DNA from: Ktedonobacterales bacterium
GTDB taxonomy: Bacteria > Chloroflexota > Ktedonobacteria > Ktedonobacterales > JADMIN01
NCBI GenBank assembly: GCA_030167145.1
Contig: CP126532.1
Span: forward strand, 3,660,001-3,692,000
Direction: 5' to 3'
Length of the DNA: 32,000 bases
Shown here: piece by piece, positions 1 through 8,154 of the stretch
Layout: each line of letters opens with the position of its first letter
Numbering within the stretch: the stretch's first letter is position 1
The notes under the pieces: model-generated
Told to the model about the DNA's origin: nothing
The model's database searches: none
The model's input: the letters and a program-made list of their open reading frames with translations, nothing else
Translations under genes and position numbers: made by a program

Positions 1-117
1 CATCGTTTCCCACATATCATTGACGAGACGTTCGATGTAGGCGTCGAAGCGAGAAACCTTCTTCGCTTTCCTGCGAAGGGCGGGATGCTCCATTGTGTGG
101 ATTTTTCGTAGTGCCAT
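1..117 (-). CDS. def: Peptide deformylase, N-terminal 39 codons only (gene runs off the left edge)
   Basis: Reverse-strand ATG at 117-115. Hand translation MALRKIHTMEHPALRRKAKKVSRFDAYIERLVNDMWETM fits the conserved PDF N-terminus (HP.LR..A..V, DM.ETM). An in-frame stop at 160-162 excludes a longer N-terminus. It is absent from the ORF track because the window edge truncates it. Confidence 0.8.
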   Translation of the reverse strand, partial: MALRKIHTMEHPALRRKAKKVSRFDAYIERLVNDMWETM

Positions 118-626
118 ATGCCGACCCCACTGCTTGTCGCTAGCCTGTTGCGGCTCACTCTATCGCCGCCCAGATAAGAGATATACGTGCCGGATAGACG
201 CGCATGCGTCAACACATCGCGGCTTGGGCGCTTCGTCCGTGCGTCCCGCCTGATAGAGTCCGTGCTGTGGCGCGCTGGTCGCAGAGGCGTTCGCTGCCGG
301 AAAATTGCGGGCAAAATGCCTTGAATCGCCCACGTACTATAGACATGGAAGCGCGATGATGTCAAGCGAATTGCCGGGTTACGCGAGGCTCAGAATTTCT
401 GCGCCGCCACCTGATGGAAGCGCGCACCGCACTCCACTGCTCGCTTGCCACACAGAGTGTCCGCTTGGCAACGAGGAGATAGATTCGACTATACTCATCT
501 CTGGGCGCAGGTCACTCGTAGTGTTCGAGATGGCGCACGTGCGAATCCGTGCGGCGGCATGAATCCATTGTAGGGGCGCATGGTGTGCGCCCGTCTCGCG
601 GTCTCATTCCCAAGGAGCTGAACACG

Positions 627-1373
627 ATGCGCATCCTGGTCATTTCCGACATGCACGGCAACTGTCTGGCGCTCGACACGGTGCTGAGCGATATCGCGGG
701 CGAGCGCTTCGACGCCACCGTATGCCTGGGCGATACAGTGCAGGGCGGCCCGCAGCCCCACGAGGTGATTGCGCGGCTGCGGGACCTCAATTGTCCCGTG
801 GTGATGGGCAACGCGGACGACTGGATGCTCACCGGGCACGACACCGGCGCGGAGGAGATCACGCCGGAGCGGCGGCAGAAGATGGACGCCGTGCGGGAGT
901 GGTCGCTGGCGCAACTCTCGCCCGACGACGTCGCGTTCATCCAAGCATACCAACCGACGGTGCGCATGCCCCTGGGCGACGGCCTCACCCTGGTCTGCTC
1001 GCACGGCTCGCCCAAATCGTACGATGACCTCATCCTGCCCACCACCACCGACGAGGAACTCCAGCAACTGCTCCAACCCGAAGACGGCGCGATTTACTGC
1101 GGCGGGCATACCCACGTGCAATTCGTGCGCCACCTGCGCCAGACGTTCCATTTCAACCCCGGCAGCGCGGGCTTCGCCTATCGCCACGACCAGGATGACG
1201 ACCACTTCAAGGCGGACCCGTTTGCCGAATACGCCGTGCTGACCTCTGCGAACGGGAGCCTACGCCTGGAATTCCGCCGCGTCCCCTTCGATGCCGAGCA
1301 ACTCATCGCGATCTACCGCAGCAGTGGCCGGCCCTACGCCGAGGAAGCCGCCGCGCAGTACATTCCGGCATAG
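627..1373 (+). CDS. Metallophosphoesterase (calcineurin-like, YfcE/MJ0936 type)
   Basis: ORF 549..1373. I prefer ATG 627 because AAGGAG (612-617) lies 9 nt upstream, and the product then starts MRILVISDMHGN. The D-x-H (SDMHG), GD (CLGDTVQGG), GN-x-D (MGNADD) and GGHTH motifs are present. Confidence 0.8.
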   Translation: MRILVISDMHGNCLALDTVLSDIAGERFDATVCLGDTVQGGPQPHEVIARLRDLNCPVVMGNADDWMLTGHDTGAEEITPERRQKMDAVREWSLAQLSPDDVAFIQAYQPTVRMPLGDGLTLVCSHGSPKSYDDLILPTTTDEELQQLLQPEDGAIYCGGHTHVQFVRHLRQTFHFNPGSAGFAYRHDQDDDHFKADPFAEYAVLTSANGSLRLEFRRVPFDAEQLIAIYRSSGRPYAEEAAAQYIPA

Positions 1374-1383
1374 CATGTGTTTT

Positions 1384-1884
1384 TCATGGCGCGGTAGCTT
1401 CAATGACCTTCGCGCCAGTCACGGCCAGCAGATCAGCGACGCGCAGGTGCAGGTTGATGCCGCGCTGGCCGCCGTTGATGTAGAGCGTATCGAGGTCCGC
1501 GCCAGGGGCATCCAGGTACACCTCGAAGCGTTTGTCGAGCAGGGCCAGCGGCGAAATACCACCGACTTTGAGGCCGGTCAGCCGTTCGGCGTCGCGTTGT
1601 AGCGCCATGTGCGCGGACTTCGCGCCAACAGCTTTGGCGACGCGGCGCAGATCCAACTCGCGGTCGCCGGGCGTGACGACGAGCAGATGCCGCGTGTCAT
1701 CGGCGATGACCACCAACGTCTTGAAGACCTGTGCGGCGGGGATGCCGAGCAGCACGGCCACCTCTTCAGCCGAGTGAATCGTATCGGCGTAGGTGAAGGT
1801 ATCGTAGGGGATGTGGCGCACGTCGAGCGCCCGCATGGCGTTGGTTTTGGGGGTGGCGTGTTTCTGCTTTGGCATGCGCATCAA
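1384..1884 (-). CDS. ybaK: Cys-tRNA(Pro)/Cys-tRNA(Cys) deacylase, YbaK family
   Basis: 166-aa ORF of YbaK/ProX editing-domain size, with the hallmark lysine segment VFKTLVV and GGISPL. It is convergent with the phosphoesterase gene across a 10-nt gap. Confidence 0.8.
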   Translation of the reverse strand: MMRMPKQKHATPKTNAMRALDVRHIPYDTFTYADTIHSAEEVAVLLGIPAAQVFKTLVVIADDTRHLLVVTPGDRELDLRRVAKAVGAKSAHMALQRDAERLTGLKVGGISPLALLDKRFEVYLDAPGADLDTLYINGGQRGINLHLRVADLLAVTGAKVIEATAP

Positions 1885-1890
1885 CCTTTG

Positions 1891-2778
1891 TTAGAACAAT
1901 CGCGCGACTGCTCCCGACGCGAATGGTGGAAGCGACTCGATGCGGGCAATAGCCCGAAAGACCGCATCCCAATCAGTTGGCTCGCGCGGGGAAGCCGCCT
2001 CGAATTGCTGACGCGACCACTGGACGCGCCGATGGTGCTCCTCATAGGGATGAGGATCGAGCGCTACATCTGGCCGCGCCCAGTCGGCTTGGGCTATCGC
2101 TATCCGGTCGCGCATCCGGCGCAGAAAGCGCGCATCGAAGGAACGCATCTCCTCGAGGAATGCAGCCACAGGCAGTGTGCTTTCACCAAGCATGGCTTCC
2201 CAGGCCAGGAGATCGTCGAGGAGACAGTCGCGATTATCCCATTGGATATGCACATCTGCGCCATCGCTCCAGAACACGATATTCGGACCAGCTTGCAGAT
2301 ACGAAGTGTCCAAATGCCGCTGCCACCACCATCTAGCCACGTCGTAGATGATATACCTTGCTGTATCGTATTGAGAGGGAAACGCGGCATTCACTGCCGC
2401 CTCCGCCTGTTCCACCCAGGTCGCCCAGGGTCCGTTAGGCGCCAGCATGCCGACTAGACGAGCGTGAACCGGTTCTAACACCATGGGAAGGAGATCAAGC
2501 AGGTCCTCCCAGAGCCGCACGACGTAGTAATCTACATACGGCAGATCTGCCAGCCAGGGCGCGTCTGGAAATTTGCGGAAAGACAAATCCACGACAGCTT
2601 GGCTATAGCGAAACAACTCCGTCTGCCCCACATCTATCCAATAACTGCCATAAGTCAGGCCAAACCATGACAGGTGTGGTTGATGGAGCCAGCCAGGCGA
2701 CCTTGAATCTGGGCTGACTGGTCCCCACGGGGCGATGTCATGCATACGGTGAAGTTGGAAATTGAAGAGCATGTTCAT
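1891..2778 (-). CDS. Hypothetical protein, 295 aa, Trp-rich, no motif I can name
   Basis: Long ORF with G/C-biased third codon positions. Its stop codon (1891-1893) is 6 nt from the ybaK start (1884), so the two are probably co-transcribed. It may belong to an uncharacterised DUF family, but I cannot verify that without a search. Confidence 0.6.
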   Translation of the reverse strand: MNMLFNFQLHRMHDIAPWGPVSPDSRSPGWLHQPHLSWFGLTYGSYWIDVGQTELFRYSQAVVDLSFRKFPDAPWLADLPYVDYYVVRLWEDLLDLLPMVLEPVHARLVGMLAPNGPWATWVEQAEAAVNAAFPSQYDTARYIIYDVARWWWQRHLDTSYLQAGPNIVFWSDGADVHIQWDNRDCLLDDLLAWEAMLGESTLPVAAFLEEMRSFDARFLRRMRDRIAIAQADWARPDVALDPHPYEEHHRRVQWSRQQFEAASPREPTDWDAVFRAIARIESLPPFASGAVARLF

Positions 2779-2940
2779 CTCTTTAGATGATAGGCAAGGC
2801 TCATTTCGCCCTTATAGTAACGGCCATGCTGCCAGGTGAACATGGACTTTTCGGTCGCTCTATTGTATTACCTATGTGGTGCGGTCTTCGCATGTAATGG
2901 GATCCATCCATCGGCGGCATAGCGAGGTGCAAACACAACC

Positions 2941-3279
2941 ATGACCAGCAGACGAGCGATTAGCAAAGAATACAAAGAGCGCAAGCTTCGTGGCGGTGTC
3001 TACACCATCACCAACCGGGTGAATGGGAAGTACCTCATCGGGCATGTTGCCGACCTGACGAGCATGCAAAACCGCTTTCAGTTCGCGGTGACGACCGGCT
3101 CCGCTGCTGACCCCCGGCTGCGCAACGATTGGCAGGCGCTGGGAGGGCAGGCGTTCACTCTCGACGTGCTGGAAGAACTCGAACAAAAGCCGGAGCAGAG
3201 CCGGGCTGAATTCATGGATGACTTGAAGGCGCTTGAGCAACTCTGTCGCGCGAACCTGGATGCGTCATTGGCATACTAA
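2941..3279 (+). CDS. Small stand-alone GIY-YIG domain protein (112 aa)
   Basis: GVYTITN...GKYLIGH gives the GIY/YIG motif pair. A conserved Arg context (QNRFQF) and an acidic C-terminal helix follow. GAGGTG lies about 11 nt upstream of the ATG. Confidence 0.7.
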   Translation: MTSRRAISKEYKERKLRGGVYTITNRVNGKYLIGHVADLTSMQNRFQFAVTTGSAADPRLRNDWQALGGQAFTLDVLEELEQKPEQSRAEFMDDLKALEQLCRANLDASLAY

Positions 3280-3322
3280 CGGGTTTCCTGCGACGCGATT
3301 ACGCGATAAGGAGGCGAGTTTC

Positions 3323-3811
3323 ATGACACATTCCCAATTGTCTGAGTCGCGGCCTGATTGGCGCGATCATGGTGTCCGTATCATTCAGAGCGACAACCTT
3401 GATCCCAATACGCCGCAGACGCCGGGAATGAACCGCGCGGCGGCGATTACCTACGCGAGCGCGGGCGCGACCAAACTCTGGGCGGGGCAGGCGATCATCC
3501 ATCCGGACGCAAAGACCGGGGCGCACCATCACGGGGCGTTGGAAAGCGTGATCTACGTCGTGAGCGGTCGCGTGCGGATGCGCTGGGGCAGTCAACTTGA
3601 ATTCGTCGCCGAGGCGGGACCGGGCGATTTCATCTTTGTTCCGCCCTTTGTGCCACATCAAGAGATCAACGCCAGCGCGTATGAACCGTTGGCCACTGTG
3701 GTCATACGCAGCGATCAGGAGCCGGTCGTTGTCAATCTCGACATCGTCCCGGTAGAGCCGCCCGAAGAGGTCATCTGGGTTGATCCTGGCCATCCACTGC
3801 CACCGAAATAG
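3323..3811 (+). CDS. Cupin domain protein
   Basis: ORF 3233..3811. The preferred start is ATG 3323, 8 nt after AAGGAGG (3308-3314). GAHHHGALESVIYVVSG and GDFIFVPPFVPHQEIN look like cupin motifs 1 and 2. Confidence 0.7.
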   Translation: MTHSQLSESRPDWRDHGVRIIQSDNLDPNTPQTPGMNRAAAITYASAGATKLWAGQAIIHPDAKTGAHHHGALESVIYVVSGRVRMRWGSQLEFVAEAGPGDFIFVPPFVPHQEINASAYEPLATVVIRSDQEPVVVNLDIVPVEPPEEVIWVDPGHPLPPK

Positions 3812-3872
3812 GCCAGGAGTGACCCCCTCGTTATAGGCTCTCGTGCTCTGCGCTATACTGGGAGCGTGACAC

Positions 3873-4865
3873 GTGATGCCTCATAGTGCGAAGGATTCCC
3901 GTATGGCTGCTTTGCCCGACCCCCTGGCTCCGCCGTCCGCTGCGATCGTCGCCGCCGAGGAGGCGCTGCTGCGTACCGCTGGCATGGATGTGGAGCGCCA
4001 CGAGATGGTGGCCAATGGTACGCGCTTGCATTATCTCACCTGCGGGGAAGGCGAGCCACTGGTGCTGCTCCACGGGCGCGGTAGCGCGGCGGCGCGGTTT
4101 ACGCCGGTGCTGGGGCGGCTGGCGCAGAAACGGCGGGTGATCGCGCTGGATCTGCCGGGCTGGGGGCTTTCGGGCAAACCCGCGTTTACCGGCAAGACGG
4201 CGGAAGATGCGCTGACAGTGTGGAGCGATGGCGTGCTGGCGCTGCTCGATGAACAGAAAATAGAGCAGGCCGATCTCCTGGGGCATTCGATGGGCGGCTT
4301 CGTGGCGCTAGGGCTGGCGCTGGCGCAGCCTGAGCGTGTGCAGCGGCTGATCCTGGTGGATGCGGCTGGGCTAGGCACGCAGATACAGCTCGATGCGCGT
4401 CTGTTCTTCGCGCTGGGGCCGGAGAAGGTGCATAGGCGGCTGGGCAGGCGTTTCACGCGCTTCCTCTACGCGCAGGAACAGCAAGGCGGGAAGCGACGCC
4501 TCCCTGGCGCGGAGAAGCCGCCGCTCGACGGGCCTGACTTCGATTTCTTTCGCGCGGTGATGACCGAAGAGGCCGTCATTGCCAGCGGTGCGAAAGCGTT
4601 CGGCGCGTGGGTGAATCTCCGTGGTGTGCATCTCTCGTTGGCGGACCGGCTGAAGGAGTTGGAGCTGCCGGTGCTGATGATCTGGGGCAATCACGACGCG
4701 CTGACGCCATACCCCGCCGCGCTGGCGGCGTCGCGCACGCTGCGCGATGGCAAACTCGTGACGTTTCTCGGCTGCGGCCACGCGCCATTCGCTGAGCGCC
4801 CGCAGGATTTCGCCTATGTGGTGCTGACGTGGCTGGATGGCATCTACGTGCGCTCGCGGGCGTGA
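3873..4865 (+). CDS. Alpha/beta hydrolase
   Basis: GHSMGG nucleophile elbow, the PLVLLHG oxyanion segment, and C-terminal GCGHAPF (catalytic His). The start is ambiguous: GTG 3873 with GGGAG 8 nt upstream, ATG 3876, or ATG 3903 with AAGGA 7 nt upstream. Confidence 0.8.
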   Translation: MMPHSAKDSRMAALPDPLAPPSAAIVAAEEALLRTAGMDVERHEMVANGTRLHYLTCGEGEPLVLLHGRGSAAARFTPVLGRLAQKRRVIALDLPGWGLSGKPAFTGKTAEDALTVWSDGVLALLDEQKIEQADLLGHSMGGFVALGLALAQPERVQRLILVDAAGLGTQIQLDARLFFALGPEKVHRRLGRRFTRFLYAQEQQGGKRRLPGAEKPPLDGPDFDFFRAVMTEEAVIASGAKAFGAWVNLRGVHLSLADRLKELELPVLMIWGNHDALTPYPAALAASRTLRDGKLVTFLGCGHAPFAERPQDFAYVVLTWLDGIYVRSRA

Positions 4866-5326
4866 GGGGTGGCAGGTGCGGATTCGAGCAGGGTCTTGAG
4901 GTTGGCGAGGAGTTGCTTATGGGCGGCTTGCGCCTGAGTATAGACGGTACGCATCAACAGGCGCGGCGCGTCAATCTTCACCTCTTCCGCGACGCGCGTG
5001 CCGTCGCCTTCCGGCTGGCAGATGGTGGTGACGTGGAGGTGGATGCGCGGAAATTGAAACGCTTCGCCGTCGAGGCGTCCATTGGGCGCGGCGGTGATGC
5101 TGGCGCGGTAGGTAAAGCGGGTGGTGAATGGTCCCAGGCGCATACGGTCGGTAATGCGGTAGTCGCGGCGAATGCCGCCGTCTGCAGTGGACATGGTATC
5201 GAGCAGACGAACCGCGACGATCATCGGATGTAGCTCAGTATGCTGTGAATACTCGGAGAGGCGCGCGATGGCGGCGGCGGGCGCGGCGTTGATGAAGATG
5301 TTCTGCGAGAAGCTGGCATGCGCCAT
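4844..5326 (-). CDS. SRPBCC-family (START/polyketide cyclase-dehydrase-like) protein, 160 aa
   Basis: The ORF track extends to 5788, but that part runs antisense through the purC start. Internal ATG 5326 has AAGGA 9 nt upstream and gives MAHASFSQNIFINA... The family call rests on size and overall resemblance only. Confidence 0.55.
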   Translation of the reverse strand: MAHASFSQNIFINAAPAAAIARLSEYSQHTELHPMIVAVRLLDTMSTADGGIRRDYRITDRMRLGPFTTRFTYRASITAAPNGRLDGEAFQFPRIHLHVTTICQPEGDGTRVAEEVKIDAPRLLMRTVYTQAQAAHKQLLANLKTLLESAPATPHARERT

Positions 5327-5380
5327 CGTGACATGTCCTTTCAACTCGCCGAGCGCCCAGGGTCGTTCACCTGTCTCTCC

Positions 5381-5435
5381 AACCCGCGACGGCGGGTTTC
5401 GCGGCGGTACACCATAGAGGCGTGGTTTCAACCGC
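5381..5435 (+). repeat. Two-hairpin intergenic element, copy 1
   Basis: AACCCGC-GACG-GCGGGTT (5381-5398), spacer TCGCGGCGGTACACCATAGAGGC, then GTGGT-TTCA-ACCGC (5422-5435). It is 45/55 identical to copy 2 by hand alignment and lies about 70 nt upstream of the purC ATG. Confidence 0.8.
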
Positions 5436-5506
5436 CCGCTCTGCTGTGATGGTATCCTATCAGTAGAGCGCATAGCAACGAACACTTCTTTTGGGGGAGC
5501 CTGCCA

Positions 5507-6397
5507 ATGCCTGGGCCAGTTCTGACGCAAACCGATCTGCCATTGCCGCGCTTCGGTGTGGGCAAGGTGCGCGATACCTATGATTTGGGCGACCGCCTGC
5601 TGATGGTGACGACCGACCGCGTGTCGGCCTATGACTGCGTGATGCCGAACGGGATACCAGGCAAGGGCGAAGTACTGACACGGCTCTCGGCGTTCTGGTT
5701 CGGGCGGACGGCGGAGATCATACCGAATCACCTGCTCAGCACGGATATGGGCGAACTGCCGCCAGAGGCGCAGCCCTGGCGCGAGCAACTTGCCGGGCGT
5801 TCGATGATCGTGCGCAAGGCGAAGCGCATTGACTTCGAGTGTGTCGCACGTGGCTATCTGGCGGGGAGCGCATGGAGCGAGTATCGCGCGTCGGGCATGG
5901 TCTGTGGCGTGCGGCTGCCAGCGGGGCTACGCCAGGCCGACGAGTTGCCGGAGCCGATCTTCACGCCAGCCATCAAGGCGGAATCGGGGCACGATGAGAA
6001 TATCTCGCTGGAAGAGATGAAGAACCGCGTTGGCGAAGATTTGGGGCAGGCGCTGGCCGATGCGACGCTAGCGATCTATGCGGCGGCGGCAAGTTACGCG
6101 CTGGACCGTGGCATCATCATCGCCGATACCAAGATGGAGTTTGGCCTGCTGGATGGTCAGCTCATCCTGATAGATGAACTGCTGACGCCAGATTCATCGC
6201 GCTTCTGGGCCGTGGGCGAGTACGCGCCGGGTGGGTCGCCGCCGAGCTTCGATAAGCAATATCTGCGCGACTGGCTGGATAGCAGCGGCTGGAACCACCA
6301 ACCGCCCGCGCCCACGCTGCCAGACGATGTAGTTGCGGGCACGGCGGCGCGCTACCGCGAGGCGCTGGAATGGCTAACCGACGAGCCGATGAGATAG
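5507..6397 (+). CDS. purC: Phosphoribosylaminoimidazole-succinocarboxamide (SAICAR) synthase
   Basis: 296-aa ORF with GGGGGAG 7 nt upstream. GKVRDTYD, TDRVSAYD, ADTKMEFG and DELLTPDSSRFW are typical long-form PurC segments. Confidence 0.9.
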   Translation: MPGPVLTQTDLPLPRFGVGKVRDTYDLGDRLLMVTTDRVSAYDCVMPNGIPGKGEVLTRLSAFWFGRTAEIIPNHLLSTDMGELPPEAQPWREQLAGRSMIVRKAKRIDFECVARGYLAGSAWSEYRASGMVCGVRLPAGLRQADELPEPIFTPAIKAESGHDENISLEEMKNRVGEDLGQALADATLAIYAAAASYALDRGIIIADTKMEFGLLDGQLILIDELLTPDSSRFWAVGEYAPGGSPPSFDKQYLRDWLDSSGWNHQPPAPTLPDDVVAGTAARYREALEWLTDEPMR

Positions 6398-6616
6398 ATG
6401 GTACGTATCGCGTGCCGACGCAAGAACTACAGGCCAGCTAGCTTGCGTGCGGTGGAGGAGTAAGGTGACAACGTCGCCTGAAGGCCACGGATAATCCTGT
6501 AAGGACTGCGCCGCAGGCTGGCCCCGACCGCGCGCTGGAAGCGTTCCGGTCCCGGCATATGGACGTATAATGGTGCGGGATATGCGGCGACTCCCGCCTG
6601 CGCGGAGACGAGGCCG

Positions 6617-8038
6617 ATGGACGTGCGCGAGAACGAAAAAGAGCCGGACCCTCGGGACGCTGAGGCGGCCGATGCAGCGACGCCTGCGGAGGCGGGGGAT
6701 CTGCTGACGCGGGAGGCGCTCGCTGGCGGCCCGCCGCCGGAGCGGTGGCAGGCGGCGCAGCGGCGGACGCTGACGGCGCTGACGGCGCTGGCGACGGTCG
6801 GGCTGGTCGCCGTGCTAGTGGCGAGCGGCCTCGTGCCGCGCCTGCTGGGCGGCGCGCGGGTCCACGAGTCGGCACCCTTTGATGCGGCTCGTGCGACGGC
6901 GCAGACGGCATATGCGACACGCTCGGCCCTCATGACGGCGGATAGCGCGCTGGGCTGGGTGTGGACGGGGCCAGCCGCCGCGGAGACGTTCGCCTTCGCG
7001 CCAAGCGCGCCCGCCATTGCGTACACCTGTGGCGTGCCCGTGCCCGACACCACCGACGGCTTCGGGCCTATCGTGGTCTGGGCGTCGCCGGACGGCGGCG
7101 CGACTTGGCACGGGCGGCCGACCCCGGCGCGGGATCAGTATTGCCAGCTACTCGTCAATCCGACCGACCCGTGGGACGTGGTGCTCCGGACGGTGACGCC
7201 GGGCCTGACCCAGCTCTACCGCAGCTTCGACGGCGGCGCGACCTGGCAGGCGTTCACGCCGCCGCCGCGCGCCACGGGCGACGTCGAGACCCCACTCAGG
7301 TATATGTTGGCGTGGGTCGGGGACACGCTCTTCGTCGCGCCGTACTACGCCAGCGGCCGCATCATTGGCGCTCTCCGCTGGCTGGCAGCGAGTGCGGGGG
7401 GCGCGCCGCTGCGCTGGCTGGACATCGGCGTCCTGTTCGTTGGGGAGTTCAGCGACGGTGGGCTGCTTGACCTCGCTGCGGCCGGCGGGAGCCTCGTCGT
7501 CGAGGTGGACCGCACGTGCTCGCAAGGGTCGGCCTCCGACTGCTGGCGGCTGTGGCGCACACGAGACGGCGGCGCGACCTGGACGCGCCTCGCGGCCGAT
7601 GTGGACGGCAACTCGCTGGGCCTAGCCGACGGGCAGCGCAACGGCGCGGCGGTCTTCGCGGCGTACTCTCCGACGCCAGATGGGTCGGAGGTGCGGTACG
7701 CACGCTCCACCGACGGCGGGGCCACCTGGGCCGCGCTGCCACCGGTACCGAAGGGGATGGACGCCGGAGATCTGGTCCAGGCGCCGGACGGCGACGTCTA
7801 CGCCGCGTTCTGGACCAGCGTCCCGGACACGGACGCGGAGGTGGAGGTGGGCATCTATGCGTTGCAGGCGAACGACTACGCCTGGCGGCTGGCCGCGCCG
7901 CGCCCCAAGGGCGGCGGCGGCCCGCTGGTTGTCTCGTGGGACGCGCAGGGCAGACCGGCGGCGCTCTGGACCAACGCCGTGTTCACAGAGCCGCCGTCCG
8001 CCCCGCTGGGGCTGGGGTTGGTGCGGCACTCCCCATGA
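6617..8038 (+). CDS. Membrane-anchored BNR/Asp-box repeat (beta-propeller) protein
   Basis: 473-aa ORF with an acidic N-terminus and one TM helix (LTALTALATVGLVAVLVASGLV). Four S-x-D-G-G-x-T-W Asp-boxes follow (SPDGGATW, SFDGGATW, TRDGGATW, STDGGATW). A perfect TATAAT sits at 6566-6571. The gene is very GC-rich. Confidence 0.8.
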   Translation: MDVRENEKEPDPRDAEAADAATPAEAGDLLTREALAGGPPPERWQAAQRRTLTALTALATVGLVAVLVASGLVPRLLGGARVHESAPFDAARATAQTAYATRSALMTADSALGWVWTGPAAAETFAFAPSAPAIAYTCGVPVPDTTDGFGPIVVWASPDGGATWHGRPTPARDQYCQLLVNPTDPWDVVLRTVTPGLTQLYRSFDGGATWQAFTPPPRATGDVETPLRYMLAWVGDTLFVAPYYASGRIIGALRWLAASAGGAPLRWLDIGVLFVGEFSDGGLLDLAAAGGSLVVEVDRTCSQGSASDCWRLWRTRDGGATWTRLAADVDGNSLGLADGQRNGAAVFAAYSPTPDGSEVRYARSTDGGATWAALPPVPKGMDAGDLVQAPDGDVYAAFWTSVPDTDAEVEVGIYALQANDYAWRLAAPRPKGGGGPLVVSWDAQGRPAALWTNAVFTEPPSAPLGLGLVRHSP

Positions 8039-8052
8039 ATGGCCGAGGCCAG

Positions 8053-8130
8053 CCCGATGACGTGATCGCCGAGACGGCGGCGCGCTACCGCGAGGTGCTG
8101 GAATGGCTAACCGGCGAGCCGATGAGATAG
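8053..8130 (+). pseudogene. purC: Orphan duplicate of the last 25 codons plus stop of purC
   Basis: Reads PDDVIAETAARYREVLEWLTGEPMR* against PDDVVAGTAARYREALEWLTDEPMR* at 6320-6397. 67/78 nt are identical by hand count. Similarity begins abruptly at PDDV and ends at the stop codon. Confidence 0.85.
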
Positions 8131-8154
8131 AGCGTGAGTAGAGCAATGCCAGAC

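Noticed and set aside
305-562. 85-aa ORF in the def/phosphoesterase intergenic region
   Set aside because: It has no RBS, mixed codon bias and no recognisable motif. It is likely non-coding.
3854-3859. TATACT as a promoter -10 immediately upstream of the first alpha/beta hydrolase gene
   Set aside because: It lies only 14-17 nt before the candidate start codons and overlaps the position needed for the GGGAG RBS. There is no usable -35. It cannot be distinguished from chance.
5327-5506. Purine, ZTP (pfl) or PRPP (ykkC-2b) riboswitch in the purC leader, and likewise in the purE leader at 23247-23450
   Set aside because: None of the conserved cores are present: GGGUCGUGACUGGCG...CCGCCUGGGC for ZTP, the UAUA...CUACC junctions of purine aptamers, or ACUAGGGUUCCG of ykkC. 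The structured sequence in the purC leader is also found next to unrelated genes, so it is treated as a repeat family instead.
7516-8130. 204-aa ORF ending in the purC-like tail (..PDDVIAETAARYREVLEWLTGEPMR)
   Set aside because: Upstream of the 25 purC-like codons the frame overlaps the BNR gene out of frame and encodes Arg/Gly-rich nonsense. I interpret it as a shadow ORF fused by chance to the purC remnant, not as a gene.
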